This document shows, piece after piece, positions 20,491 to 28,151 of a DNA stretch of 64,000 nucleotides (position 1 is its first letter; the number at the start of each line of letters is the position of its first letter). Location: assembly GCA_022828135.1 (NCBI GenBank), contig JAJEJB010000015.1:81484-145483 (forward strand), given 5' to 3'. This DNA is from Acidimicrobiia bacterium. GTDB taxonomy: Bacteria > Actinomycetota > Acidimicrobiia > Acidimicrobiales > Aldehydirespiratoraceae. Below the pieces are notes generated by a model. The model did no database searches and was not told the DNA's origin. It worked only from the letters and a program-made list of their open reading frames with translations. A program made the translations under genes and the position numbers.

Positions 20491-22035
20491 TCAGCGCAGG
20501 ATGCGGGTCTTGCCGAAGATGGTGCCGTAGAGCAGGCGGCCGTCGTCATCGACGGTGACTCCGCCGCCGAGGGTGTTGTAGCGCGACCCGCCCACGACGT
20601 AGTGGAAACGGCTCTCGCCGGTGGTCCAGTCGACGGCCTCGATGGTCCACTGGCCGCCCCGGGTGCCGCAGGTGTACACGAGATCCGAGGCCTCGGCCAC
20701 GAAGGGCACCGAGTTGGGCGAGGACACCCCGGTGTTGACCCACGCCTCCCGCAGGCGGCGCTCCGCCGGATCCCACTCGTACTTGTGCAGCCCGTAGGGC
20801 GTGTAGGCGGCTTTGTGGCCCAGGAAGAAGCTGAACATGCGGGCCCGGGTGATCGGCCACCCGTCGGGCAGGGACGCCGGCTCGTTGTTGACGGTCATGG
20901 CGCCGTAGCCCGACACGGTGATCGACTGCTCGGTCTTGATCTCAGCACGGGTCGGGTCGCCCATGTGGGCCGGGCCCATCCCCGCGATCCGCCGTGACGG
21001 GGCGCCGGGAAGCTGCTCCCAGTCCTCCGGGATCTCGTCGCGCCACAGCAGAGTGATGTTGACCACGTCGTCGCCGTCGCCGATCACCACGAAGCGGTCC
21101 TCGTCCGGCCCGAAACCCATCAATGAGGGAGTGGTGCCCGAGCCGTCGCCGCCGCCGTTGCGATAGCGGGCCGACCAGGCACCATCGGCGGGGTCGAGCG
21201 ACAGCCGCTCCCCCGTCCAGACCACCTTGTGGACGGTGTCGACCGAGCTGACGTAGATGCCCCCGTCGTCACCGGTGCAGCTGCTGGTGCGCACCCAGCC
21301 GTAGCCGGTATGGCCGTACTCGGCGGCCCGCCGGGCGCAGTGCGCCGCGGCGTCGGTGTCGGCTCCGGGAAGCTGGATGGCTTGGTAATCGCTGAAGTCG
21401 CGGTCCAGGCAGACCACCCACCCGTGGTCGGTGGTCATCACCAGCCGGCCGTCGAAGGTGATGTTGATCCCCACGAAGTACCCGTCGACGCCCTCGGGCC
21501 GGTACCAGCGGTCCCGCTCGACGATGGGGCTGGCCGGGTCGTCCGGATCGACCTCGACGTAGGCCGCGGCGTGGTCCTTGCGGCCCAGGAACAGCGAGTG
21601 GTCGCAGTCGAGCAGCGCGTAGATCCCGTCGAGTCCGGTCATGAAGCGGGCCGCGATGCCTATGGCGTGGCCGACGGCGTCGTCGCCGTCGAGGTCGTCG
21701 AGCCCTGCTTCGAGCGCTACGAGCTCGGTCGGATCGGTGATGGGCTCGGTGCCGGTGGGCAGCGTGGCGAGCACCTCCAGGGTGTCGTAGTCGAGCTTGG
21801 CGATGGTCTGGCGGCCGTTGGACCAGATGACCCGCCGGCCGTTCGGATAGCGCCCCGATATCAGGCCGCCGAAGTGACCCGGTCCCAGCGTCGTGTACTG
21901 GATGTCGGCCGCCTCCAGGACCTCGGTCGGGCCCTCGGGGCCGCGTCCCGGCGTGTTGTCCTGCTGGTCGCACCGGCCGTGGGCCATGGCGTTGCCGCTG
22001 TCGGCCAGATACGGGTTCCGAGGGCCGCTGCGCAT
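20491..22035 (-). CDS. Conserved-looking hypothetical protein (514 aa, probably beta-rich)
   Basis: The ATG at 22035 lies 5 nt after the stop of the upstream LLM oxidoreductase. The ORF-track 832-aa form overlaps that gene in another frame and is rejected. I recognised no motif. Confidence 0.5.
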   Translation of the reverse strand: MRSGPRNPYLADSGNAMAHGRCDQQDNTPGRGPEGPTEVLEAADIQYTTLGPGHFGGLISGRYPNGRRVIWSNGRQTIAKLDYDTLEVLATLPTGTEPITDPTELVALEAGLDDLDGDDAVGHAIGIAARFMTGLDGIYALLDCDHSLFLGRKDHAAAYVEVDPDDPASPIVERDRWYRPEGVDGYFVGINITFDGRLVMTTDHGWVVCLDRDFSDYQAIQLPGADTDAAAHCARRAAEYGHTGYGWVRTSSCTGDDGGIYVSSVDTVHKVVWTGERLSLDPADGAWSARYRNGGGDGSGTTPSLMGFGPDEDRFVVIGDGDDVVNITLLWRDEIPEDWEQLPGAPSRRIAGMGPAHMGDPTRAEIKTEQSITVSGYGAMTVNNEPASLPDGWPITRARMFSFFLGHKAAYTPYGLHKYEWDPAERRLREAWVNTGVSSPNSVPFVAEASDLVYTCGTRGGQWTIEAVDWTTGESRFHYVVGGSRYNTLGGGVTVDDDGRLLYGTIFGKTRILR

Positions 22036-22040
22036 ACCGC

Positions 22041-22982
22041 TCAGGCGCCGGCGGCGGCCTCGAAGGCCTCCACCCAGGGCGCGAGATACTCGGCCGCGGC
22101 CTGAACCCCGGCAGGCGGCTGCAGTCCCGCGCGGAAACCGATGCGGAAATCGGTGACCCCGGCCTCGACCAGACCCCGCACCGCGTCCATGGTGGGACCG
22201 ACCTGCGGGTTGCCGTCGCGGTCGTAGACGAGCGGTAGCGCTCCGGCGACCTCGATGCCGGCTGGGTCCTTGCCCGCGCCGGCCACCGCCTCGCGCATCT
22301 TGGGAATGCCCGAGGCGACGTCGGCCGCGTCGGGTCCCCACGGGATCCAGCCCGAGCCGAAGCGGGCCAGGCGAGCCATCGAGCGCCGGTTGACAGTGCC
22401 GCTGACCCATACCGGCACGGTTCCGTCGGTCGGCTTTGGCATCTGATGCATGCCCTCGAAGCTCAGCTCCTCGGTGCTGACCGAGGCCCGCTCCTGGGTC
22501 CACAACGCGTGGCATACCTCCAGGGTGTGGTCGAGCAGGCGGCCCCGCCCGGCGAAGTCCAGGCCCGCGGCCTCGTACTCCTCCTGCTGCCAGCCCACGC
22601 CCACCCCAAGATCCAGTCGGCCACCGGTGAGCACGTCGATGGTGGCCGCCGTCTTGGCCAGCACGATGGGACGCCGTAACGCGGCCAGCAGCACCATCGG
22701 GCACAGCCGCACCCTCTCGGTCAATGCACCGACCATGGCCAGCACGGTCAGCGGCTCCAGCCAGGCCCCGTCGGGGCCGGTGGGCTGGCGGCCGCCGGCC
22801 AGCCCGCCCCGGGCCGGATCGGCGTAGCGGTCGAGGCGCTCGCCGTAGACCACGTGGTCCGACACCACCAGACGGCCGATGCCGGCCCGGTCGGCCGCGA
22901 CGGCCAGGTCGAAGAGACGCTGCCACTCTCCGGGCGGCTCGGCCGAGAAGTTGACGAGGTGCATCGACAGGCAGGGCTTCAT
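22041..22982 (-). CDS. Luciferase-like monooxygenase family, F420-dependent oxidoreductase type
   Basis: LLM motifs (GRLDLGVGVGW, VWVSG, RLARFGSGWIPW). The ATG at 22982 (MKPCLSMHLVNF...) was chosen over the ORF-track start at 23237. Confidence 0.8.
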   Translation of the reverse strand: MKPCLSMHLVNFSAEPPGEWQRLFDLAVAADRAGIGRLVVSDHVVYGERLDRYADPARGGLAGGRQPTGPDGAWLEPLTVLAMVGALTERVRLCPMVLLAALRRPIVLAKTAATIDVLTGGRLDLGVGVGWQQEEYEAAGLDFAGRGRLLDHTLEVCHALWTQERASVSTEELSFEGMHQMPKPTDGTVPVWVSGTVNRRSMARLARFGSGWIPWGPDAADVASGIPKMREAVAGAGKDPAGIEVAGALPLVYDRDGNPQVGPTMDAVRGLVEAGVTDFRIGFRAGLQPPAGVQAAAEYLAPWVEAFEAAAGA

Positions 22983-23029
22983 GAGGCACTCTCCTCCATG
23001 ACCAGGCGAATCGACAGGCAGGGCTTCAT
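22979..23029 (-). other. 16-codon mini-ORF (MKPCLSIRLVMEESAS) bridging the LigD-pol stop and the LLM start
   Basis: Its ATG overlaps the LigD-pol TGA (ATGA). Its TGA overlaps the LLM ATG (ATGA). Its first 6 codons are a 20-nt exact duplicate of the LLM 5' end. Translation is unproven. Confidence 0.3.
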
Positions 23030-24192
23030 TGAGTTCCGTCCTCCTGTGGGTCGCGGGCCGCCCGGCTCGGCGCCACCCGGGGCGGCTCGTTGGGCATCTT
23101 CGGGTACACCGGCGGCCAGGGGGCGTCCATGAGGCCGGAGTCCATGTCCCGAGCGTGCCACTCCAGCAGCGGCTCCAGCGAGGCGGGCACGCCGTCCATG
23201 GCCGCCCACGGGTCCCCGACTTCGGCCACCCGGGCACCGACGGTGGCGATGGTCAGGTCCTCGGGCTGCACGTCGTCCAGTTCGTCCCAGCTGATCGGCG
23301 CCGATACCTGCGCACCGACCCGGGGGCGGGCCGACCAGGCACCGAACACCGTCTTGTGGGGGGCGTTCTGGTTGAAGTCCACGAACACCCGCCGGCCCCG
23401 CTCCTCCTTCCACCAGGCGTCGGTGATCAGGTCGGGCCGGCGCCGGGCCATCTCCCGGGCCAGGGCCACCGCAGCGGCCCGGACGTCGTAGGAGTCCCAG
23501 CGGGGCGCCAACCGGGAGTAGACGTGCAGTCCCCGCCGTCCCGAGGTCTTGATGTAGACGGTCATCTGCAACTCGTCGAAGGCGGCCTTCACCTCGCTGG
23601 CCGCCTCCCGCACCTGGTCGAAGCCGACGCCGGGCTGGGGATCCAGGTCGATGCGAAGCTCGTCGACTGCGGGACTGCCCGGATAGGCGGGAGCCGGTCG
23701 CGTCGCAGCGGTGTCATCCCCGCTCTTGTTCGCTGCGCTCACGGGCCGCTCGGGCCACGGCCTCGCCGTTCCAAGCCGTTCGCGTCCGCCTGTTCGCTCG
23801 GCCTCAAGGTCCGGGGCGTCGGCCCGGTAGGGCCAGACATGGAATCCGAGGCAGCCCATGTTGACGGCCCACACCACATGGGCGAGGTCGGTCGCCACCA
23901 TGGCGTTGGACAGGGTGCCGTTGGGGGTGCTCACCACTGTGGTCGTGAGCCACTCGGGGGCGCCCTTGGGAACTCGCTTCTGAAAGAAGGACTTGCCCCC
24001 CGCTCCGTCCGGGTAGCGCTCGAGCAGCACGGGCCGGCCCCCCATGGCCCGCAGCAGGGGCTCGGCCACCGACATGTAGTACTCGACGAGGTCGAGCTTG
24101 GTCTCGCCCCTGGTCGAGAAGAAGACCTTGCCGGGATTGGTGACCCGCACCTCGTGGCCATCCACCTCCAGCATCACGACGTCGGAAGCCAC
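23026..24192 (-). CDS. Stand-alone LigD-type NHEJ polymerase/primase domain protein, carrying an in-frame repeat-derived insertion of about 47 aa
   Basis: LigD-Pol motifs (VRVTNPGKVFF, LERYPDG, FFQKR, ELRIDLDPQPG, VYIKTSGRRGLHVY). Residues about 129-175 are encoded by the dispersed repeat. Confidence 0.8.
   Translation of the reverse strand: MASDVVMLEVDGHEVRVTNPGKVFFSTRGETKLDLVEYYMSVAEPLLRAMGGRPVLLERYPDGAGGKSFFQKRVPKGAPEWLTTTVVSTPNGTLSNAMVATDLAHVVWAVNMGCLGFHVWPYRADAPDLEAERTGGRERLGTARPWPERPVSAANKSGDDTAATRPAPAYPGSPAVDELRIDLDPQPGVGFDQVREAASEVKAAFDELQMTVYIKTSGRRGLHVYSRLAPRWDSYDVRAAAVALAREMARRRPDLITDAWWKEERGRRVFVDFNQNAPHKTVFGAWSARPRVGAQVSAPISWDELDDVQPEDLTIATVGARVAEVGDPWAAMDGVPASLEPLLEWHARDMDSGLMDAPWPPVYPKMPNEPPRVAPSRAARDPQEDGTQ
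23677..23807 (-). repeat. Dispersed repeat family, copy 2 (long form), inside the LigD-pol CDS and in frame
   Basis: The core is at 23719-23765 (reverse complement). The left terminus is TTGAGGCCGAGCG. The internal 29-nt segment and the right arm are homologous to copy 1. Confidence 0.8.
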
Positions 24193-24236
24193 GGTGACCT
24201 CAGCGAACCGCGGACCCGAGCACGCCGTCCCGGCAG

Positions 24237-24689
24237 TCAGTCACCCAGCAGATCGATGAGGGCGTCCACTGCCAGCCGGTAGCTGGTGGCGCCGAAGCCG
24301 GCGACGACCCCGGCGCACACCCCGGCGATGGCCGACGTGTGGCGGAAGTCCTCGCGGGCGTACACGTTGGACAGGTGAGTCTCCACCACGGGCACATCGA
24401 CGGCGGCGATGGCGTCGTGCAGCGCGATCGAGTAGTGGGTGAGAGCGCCCGCGTTGAGCACCACGCCGTCGGCGGCTCCCTCACCGCCGGCCGCGGCATC
24501 CTGGATGGCCGCCACCAGGTCTCCCTCGACGTTGGACTGCACGTGGCGCAGGACCGCGCCCCGCGACTCGGCGTGGGCTGTCACTCCGGCGATCAGCTCA
24601 TCGAGGGTGGCGTGGCCGTACACCTCCGTCTCGCGGGTGCCGAGCATGTTGAGGTTGGGACCGTTGACTACCAGGATCGTTAACGCCAT
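24237..24689 (-). CDS. aroQ: Type II 3-dehydroquinate dehydratase
   Basis: The N-terminus ILVVNGPNLNMLGTRE..YG and the HLSNVYAREDFRH motif are typical of AroQ. Confidence 0.9.
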   Translation of the reverse strand: MALTILVVNGPNLNMLGTRETEVYGHATLDELIAGVTAHAESRGAVLRHVQSNVEGDLVAAIQDAAAGGEGAADGVVLNAGALTHYSIALHDAIAAVDVPVVETHLSNVYAREDFRHTSAIAGVCAGVVAGFGATSYRLAVDALIDLLGD

Positions 24690-24696
24690 AGCGCAG

Positions 24697-25203
24697 TTAT
24701 ATCCCGAGCAGCGACATCACCGCGTCGGCCACCTCGTCGGGACTGCGGCCGTCGGTCTCCACCGAGGCGAACCGTGCATAGCCCTCGGCCCGCTCGGCCA
24801 GCAGTTCCCGCACCCGTGCCCGGGCGTCCGCAACGTCCAGCAGCGGCCTCTGGGCGGTGTCGCCGATGCGCTCGATGATGGTGTCGGGGTGTGCTGTCAG
24901 GCAGACCACCCATGCCACTGGTTCCAGGCGGGCGGAGCATGGCGCGTCGAGCATCATGCGGCCTCCGGTGGCGATGACGAGGCCGGTGCGCCCAGCCAGC
25001 TCGCGAGCCACCGCGCGCTCCAACTCGCGGAAGCCCGGCTCGCCCGCTCGCTCGAATATCTCCGGTATCGGGCCGGCTCGCGACTCGATCACCTCGTCGG
25101 TGTCGACGAAGCCGTAGCCGAGGCGGTCGGCCAGGATCCGCCCCACCGTCGTCTTCCCGGTTCCCATGAACCCGGTCAGGACAAGATTGCGTTCCAGCCC
25201 CAC
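24697..25203 (-). CDS. aroK: Shikimate kinase
   Basis: P-loop LTGFMGTGKTTVGR followed by FVDTDEVIE. The GTG start at 25203 gives a typical 168-aa product. The ORF track opens at 25362. Confidence 0.85.
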   Translation of the reverse strand: MGLERNLVLTGFMGTGKTTVGRILADRLGYGFVDTDEVIESRAGPIPEIFERAGEPGFRELERAVARELAGRTGLVIATGGRMMLDAPCSARLEPVAWVVCLTAHPDTIIERIGDTAQRPLLDVADARARVRELLAERAEGYARFASVETDGRSPDEVADAVMSLLGI

Positions 25204-25257
25204 ACATACGAGGCTACGCCCGGCCGGACCGTCGCCCGTCCAACGCGTTCCAACGCA

Positions 25258-25304
25258 TTCTTGATGTAGTTGACCGCACCAGAGCGGAACAACTACATCA
25301 AGAA
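25258..25304. promoter_or_regulatory. Perfect 15-nt inverted repeat TTCTTGATGTAGTTG-N17-CAACTACATCAAGAA (candidate operator) between divergent aroK and the matB-like gene
   Basis: Read directly from the sequence. It is AT-rich against a 70% GC background. It is preceded by a tandem 10-mer CAACGCGTTC CAACGCATTC (25241-25260). Confidence 0.5.
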
Positions 25305-25360
25305 CGACCGGAGTGGCGCGGCCGCGGCGCTCAGCCGCAACGCCGGGCAGACTCGCGGAC

Positions 25361-26806
25361 ATGGACGGCGGCTTCTTCGACCTGCTTCGCCAGCGTTTCG
25401 CGTCCGGGATGGAGCGTCCGATGTTGCGCGTTGCCGGCGGCCCGACCGTGACCTACGGGGAGATGGACGCCCGCTCGGCTCTGGCCGCAGGATGGCTGGG
25501 CAGCCAGGGGGTGTCGGCCGGTGACCGTGTGGTGGTACAGATCCCCAAGTCGAGCGACGCCGTGGCCCTCTACCTCGGAATGCTGCGTCTGGGCGCGGTG
25601 TATGTGCCGCTCAACACGGCCTACACCGAGGCCGAGGTCGACTGGTTCGTATCGGACGCCGAGCCCGCCGCGGTCGTGCGCGACGCCGCCGCCTTGACCG
25701 CGGGGCTGGAACGGGCCAAACCGCTTACCGGATGGGCCGCTCGCCGAGACGATGACCTCGCCGCGCTCGTCTACACGTCGGGCACGACCGGCCGGCCCAA
25801 GGGGGCCATGCTCACCCACGGCAACCTGGCCAGCAACGCGCTGACGCTCAACGAGGCCTGGGCGTTCCAACCCGACGACGTCTTGTTGCACGCCCTTCCG
25901 ATCTTCCATGTGCACGGGCTCATGGTGGCTCTGCACACCGCCATGCTCAGTGCCTGCGAGGTGATCTTCCTGGAGCGCTTCGAGGCCGCTCAGGTGCTCG
26001 CCGACCTGCCCGAAGCCACCGTGATGATGGGGGTGCCCACCCACTACCACCGGTTGCTGGCGACTGGCCGGTTCGACGCCGCGGCCTGCCGCGGCATCCG
26101 GCTCCTCGTGTCGGGATCGGCACCGATGACCGCGGCTCTGCACCGCTCAGTCGCCGACAGCACCGGCTGCGAGGTGCTGGAGCGCTACGGGATGAGCGAA
26201 GCGCTGATGATCACCTCGAACCCCTACGACGAGCCCCGGGTGGCGGGCACCGTGGGTTTCGCCCTGCCGGGCATCGAGGTGCGAGTGTGGGGCGAGGACG
26301 GATGTGCGCCGGCGGGACAGGCGGGGATGGTCCAGGTGCGGGGTCCCAATGTGGGCCCGGGCTACTGGCGCCGGCCCGACGCGACCGCCGAGTCCCGCAC
26401 CGAGGACGGGTGGTTCATCACCGGCGACGTGGGCCGTCTCGACGAGCGGGGCCGCCTGACGCTGGAGGGCCGGGCCGGCGACATGATCATCTCCGGAGGT
26501 CTGAACATCTACCCCGCCGAGATCGAGCAGGCTCTCGACGCCCATCCGGCCGTGGTGGAGTCGGCGGTGGTGGGCCTGGAGCATCCCGACCTCGGCGAAG
26601 CAGCCGCGGCCTTCGTGGTTGCGGAGCACGACATCGGCGGTGACCCCGATGAGCAGATGTCGGACCTGGCCGGCACCCTGGCCGACCTCGCCCGGTTCAA
26701 GCACCCCAAGCGCATCGTGCTGGTGGACGGACTGCCCCGCAACGCCATGGGCAAGGTCCTCAAGGCCGAGTTGAGGACCCGCTACGCCGACCTGTTTCGC
26801 GATTGA
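25361..26806 (+). CDS. Malonyl-CoA synthetase-like AMP-dependent ligase (MatB family)
   Basis: The N-terminal region resembles MatB (DRVVVQIPKSSDAVALYLGMLRLGAVYVPLNTAYTEAEVDWFVSDAEP). AMP-binding motif YTSGTTGRPKGAMLTHGNL. The ATG at 25361 was chosen. Confidence 0.75.
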   Translation: MDGGFFDLLRQRFASGMERPMLRVAGGPTVTYGEMDARSALAAGWLGSQGVSAGDRVVVQIPKSSDAVALYLGMLRLGAVYVPLNTAYTEAEVDWFVSDAEPAAVVRDAAALTAGLERAKPLTGWAARRDDDLAALVYTSGTTGRPKGAMLTHGNLASNALTLNEAWAFQPDDVLLHALPIFHVHGLMVALHTAMLSACEVIFLERFEAAQVLADLPEATVMMGVPTHYHRLLATGRFDAAACRGIRLLVSGSAPMTAALHRSVADSTGCEVLERYGMSEALMITSNPYDEPRVAGTVGFALPGIEVRVWGEDGCAPAGQAGMVQVRGPNVGPGYWRRPDATAESRTEDGWFITGDVGRLDERGRLTLEGRAGDMIISGGLNIYPAEIEQALDAHPAVVESAVVGLEHPDLGEAAAAFVVAEHDIGGDPDEQMSDLAGTLADLARFKHPKRIVLVDGLPRNAMGKVLKAELRTRYADLFRD

Positions 26807-26834
26807 ACACGCCCGGGACCGCGCAGCGGGGATA

Positions 26835-28151
26835 ATGGCCGGGATGAACCGGCTGGCGGGTCGTTCCGAGACCATGGCGACGATCCTGGGGGCAACGCTC
26901 GTCGCAGTGCTGGTGGCTGCGGCCTGCAGCGGAGCCGAGGACACCGGCCGCGCACCCGAGTCCGACAGCCTTGGCGACGGCTCGCTGGGCACCGTGGAGG
27001 TGGACCCGGGCGACGCCGTCCAGATCCGCTCGCTCAACACCATCACCGGCGACGTCGCCTACCTCGGCATACCCAACCAGCGAGGCGTGGAGCTGGCGGT
27101 AGCCGACTTCGGCCCGATCCACGGCTTCGACATCGACCTCGGAACCCGCTACGACGACCTGTGCTCCTCCGACGGCGCCCAAGCCGCGGCCCAGACCATC
27201 GTGGCCGACGAGGACGTGATCGGCGTGATCGGGCCTTCGTGCTCGACCGCAGCCGTCGCCGCTTCACCCCTCATCACCGCCGCACACATGGTGCTCATCG
27301 CCCCTTCCAACACGTCGCCCACCCTCACGTCGGACCTGGCCGGCAATCCCGGCCTCAACCACAGCGTCGGGTACTACCGGACCTCCAACAACGGCCTGTA
27401 CGTGGGCGAGACCATGGCCCGATTCACATACGACGGGCTGGGCCTGACCACCGCGGCAGCCATACACGACGGTGACCCCTACTCGCGGTCGATAGCCCAA
27501 GCCTTCGCCGACAGCTTCGAGCGGCTGGGGGGCACGGTCACCGGGTTCTCGGCCATCAACAAGGAGGACACCGACATGGTGCCGGTGCTGACCGAGGTCG
27601 CCACCGGCAATCCCGAAGCGCTGTTCTTTCCCATCTTCCAGCCCGCGGGCGACTTCCTGACCGATCAGGCACCCGGAGTGCCTGGCCTTGAGGAGACGAT
27701 CCTGCTCACCGACGCCGCCCTGCTCAACGACGGCTTCATGTCGCTGCCGCAGTCGGCCGGCGTTTACTTCTCGGGGCCGGACCTGCGGTTCGGGGCCACG
27801 TCCAATCAGAGCACCGGAAAGACCCCAGGGAGCCTGCTGGACGCTTATGGCGAGATCTACGGTGAACCGCCCTCCGCGCCGTACTGGGCTCATGCCTACG
27901 ACGCCACCACTCTGCTGCTCGAAGCCATAGTGGCCGCGTCCGCGGTCGAGGACGGCACTCTGGTCATCGACCGGTCAGGCGTCAGGCAATACCTGGACTC
28001 GGTGAGCGGGTACGGCGGCGTCATCGGCACGATCAGCTGTGACAGTTTCGGAGACTGTGGCTCCCAGAAGACCACCGTCATCCACCACCTCGACCCTGAG
28101 GACATCGAGGCCAGCCTGGCCAACGTCGTCTTCGAGTTCGCCCCAGCGTGA
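26835..28151 (+). CDS. ABC transporter substrate-binding lipoprotein, LivJ / branched-chain amino-acid-binding (type 1 PBP) family
   Basis: Signal peptide with lipobox LVAAACSG. Type 1 periplasmic-binding-fold sequence (DVIGVIGPSCS, TAAAIHDGDPYS). Confidence 0.8.
   Translation: MAGMNRLAGRSETMATILGATLVAVLVAAACSGAEDTGRAPESDSLGDGSLGTVEVDPGDAVQIRSLNTITGDVAYLGIPNQRGVELAVADFGPIHGFDIDLGTRYDDLCSSDGAQAAAQTIVADEDVIGVIGPSCSTAAVAASPLITAAHMVLIAPSNTSPTLTSDLAGNPGLNHSVGYYRTSNNGLYVGETMARFTYDGLGLTTAAAIHDGDPYSRSIAQAFADSFERLGGTVTGFSAINKEDTDMVPVLTEVATGNPEALFFPIFQPAGDFLTDQAPGVPGLEETILLTDAALLNDGFMSLPQSAGVYFSGPDLRFGATSNQSTGKTPGSLLDAYGEIYGEPPSAPYWAHAYDATTLLLEAIVAASAVEDGTLVIDRSGVRQYLDSVSGYGGVIGTISCDSFGDCGSQKTTVIHHLDPEDIEASLANVVFEFAPA

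Noticed and set aside
20491-22989. An 832-aa form of the hypothetical protein, plus similar N-terminal over-extensions at 29502-31142, 47591-48736, 50660-52612 and 32980-35895.
   Set aside because: The extensions overlap neighbouring, well-supported genes in other frames and are Arg/Pro/Gly-rich. Internal starts that abut or overlap the upstream stop codons give products of canonical length.
23677-23835. A possible target-site duplication for the LigD-internal repeat copy: GCCCGGATAGG at 23677-23687 versus GCCCGGTAGGG at 23822-23832.
   Set aside because: The match is imperfect (one indel). The inner copy is also homologous to the right arm of copy 1 (CCTATCCGCGC), so it is probably element sequence rather than duplicated target. 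It is kept only as a note.
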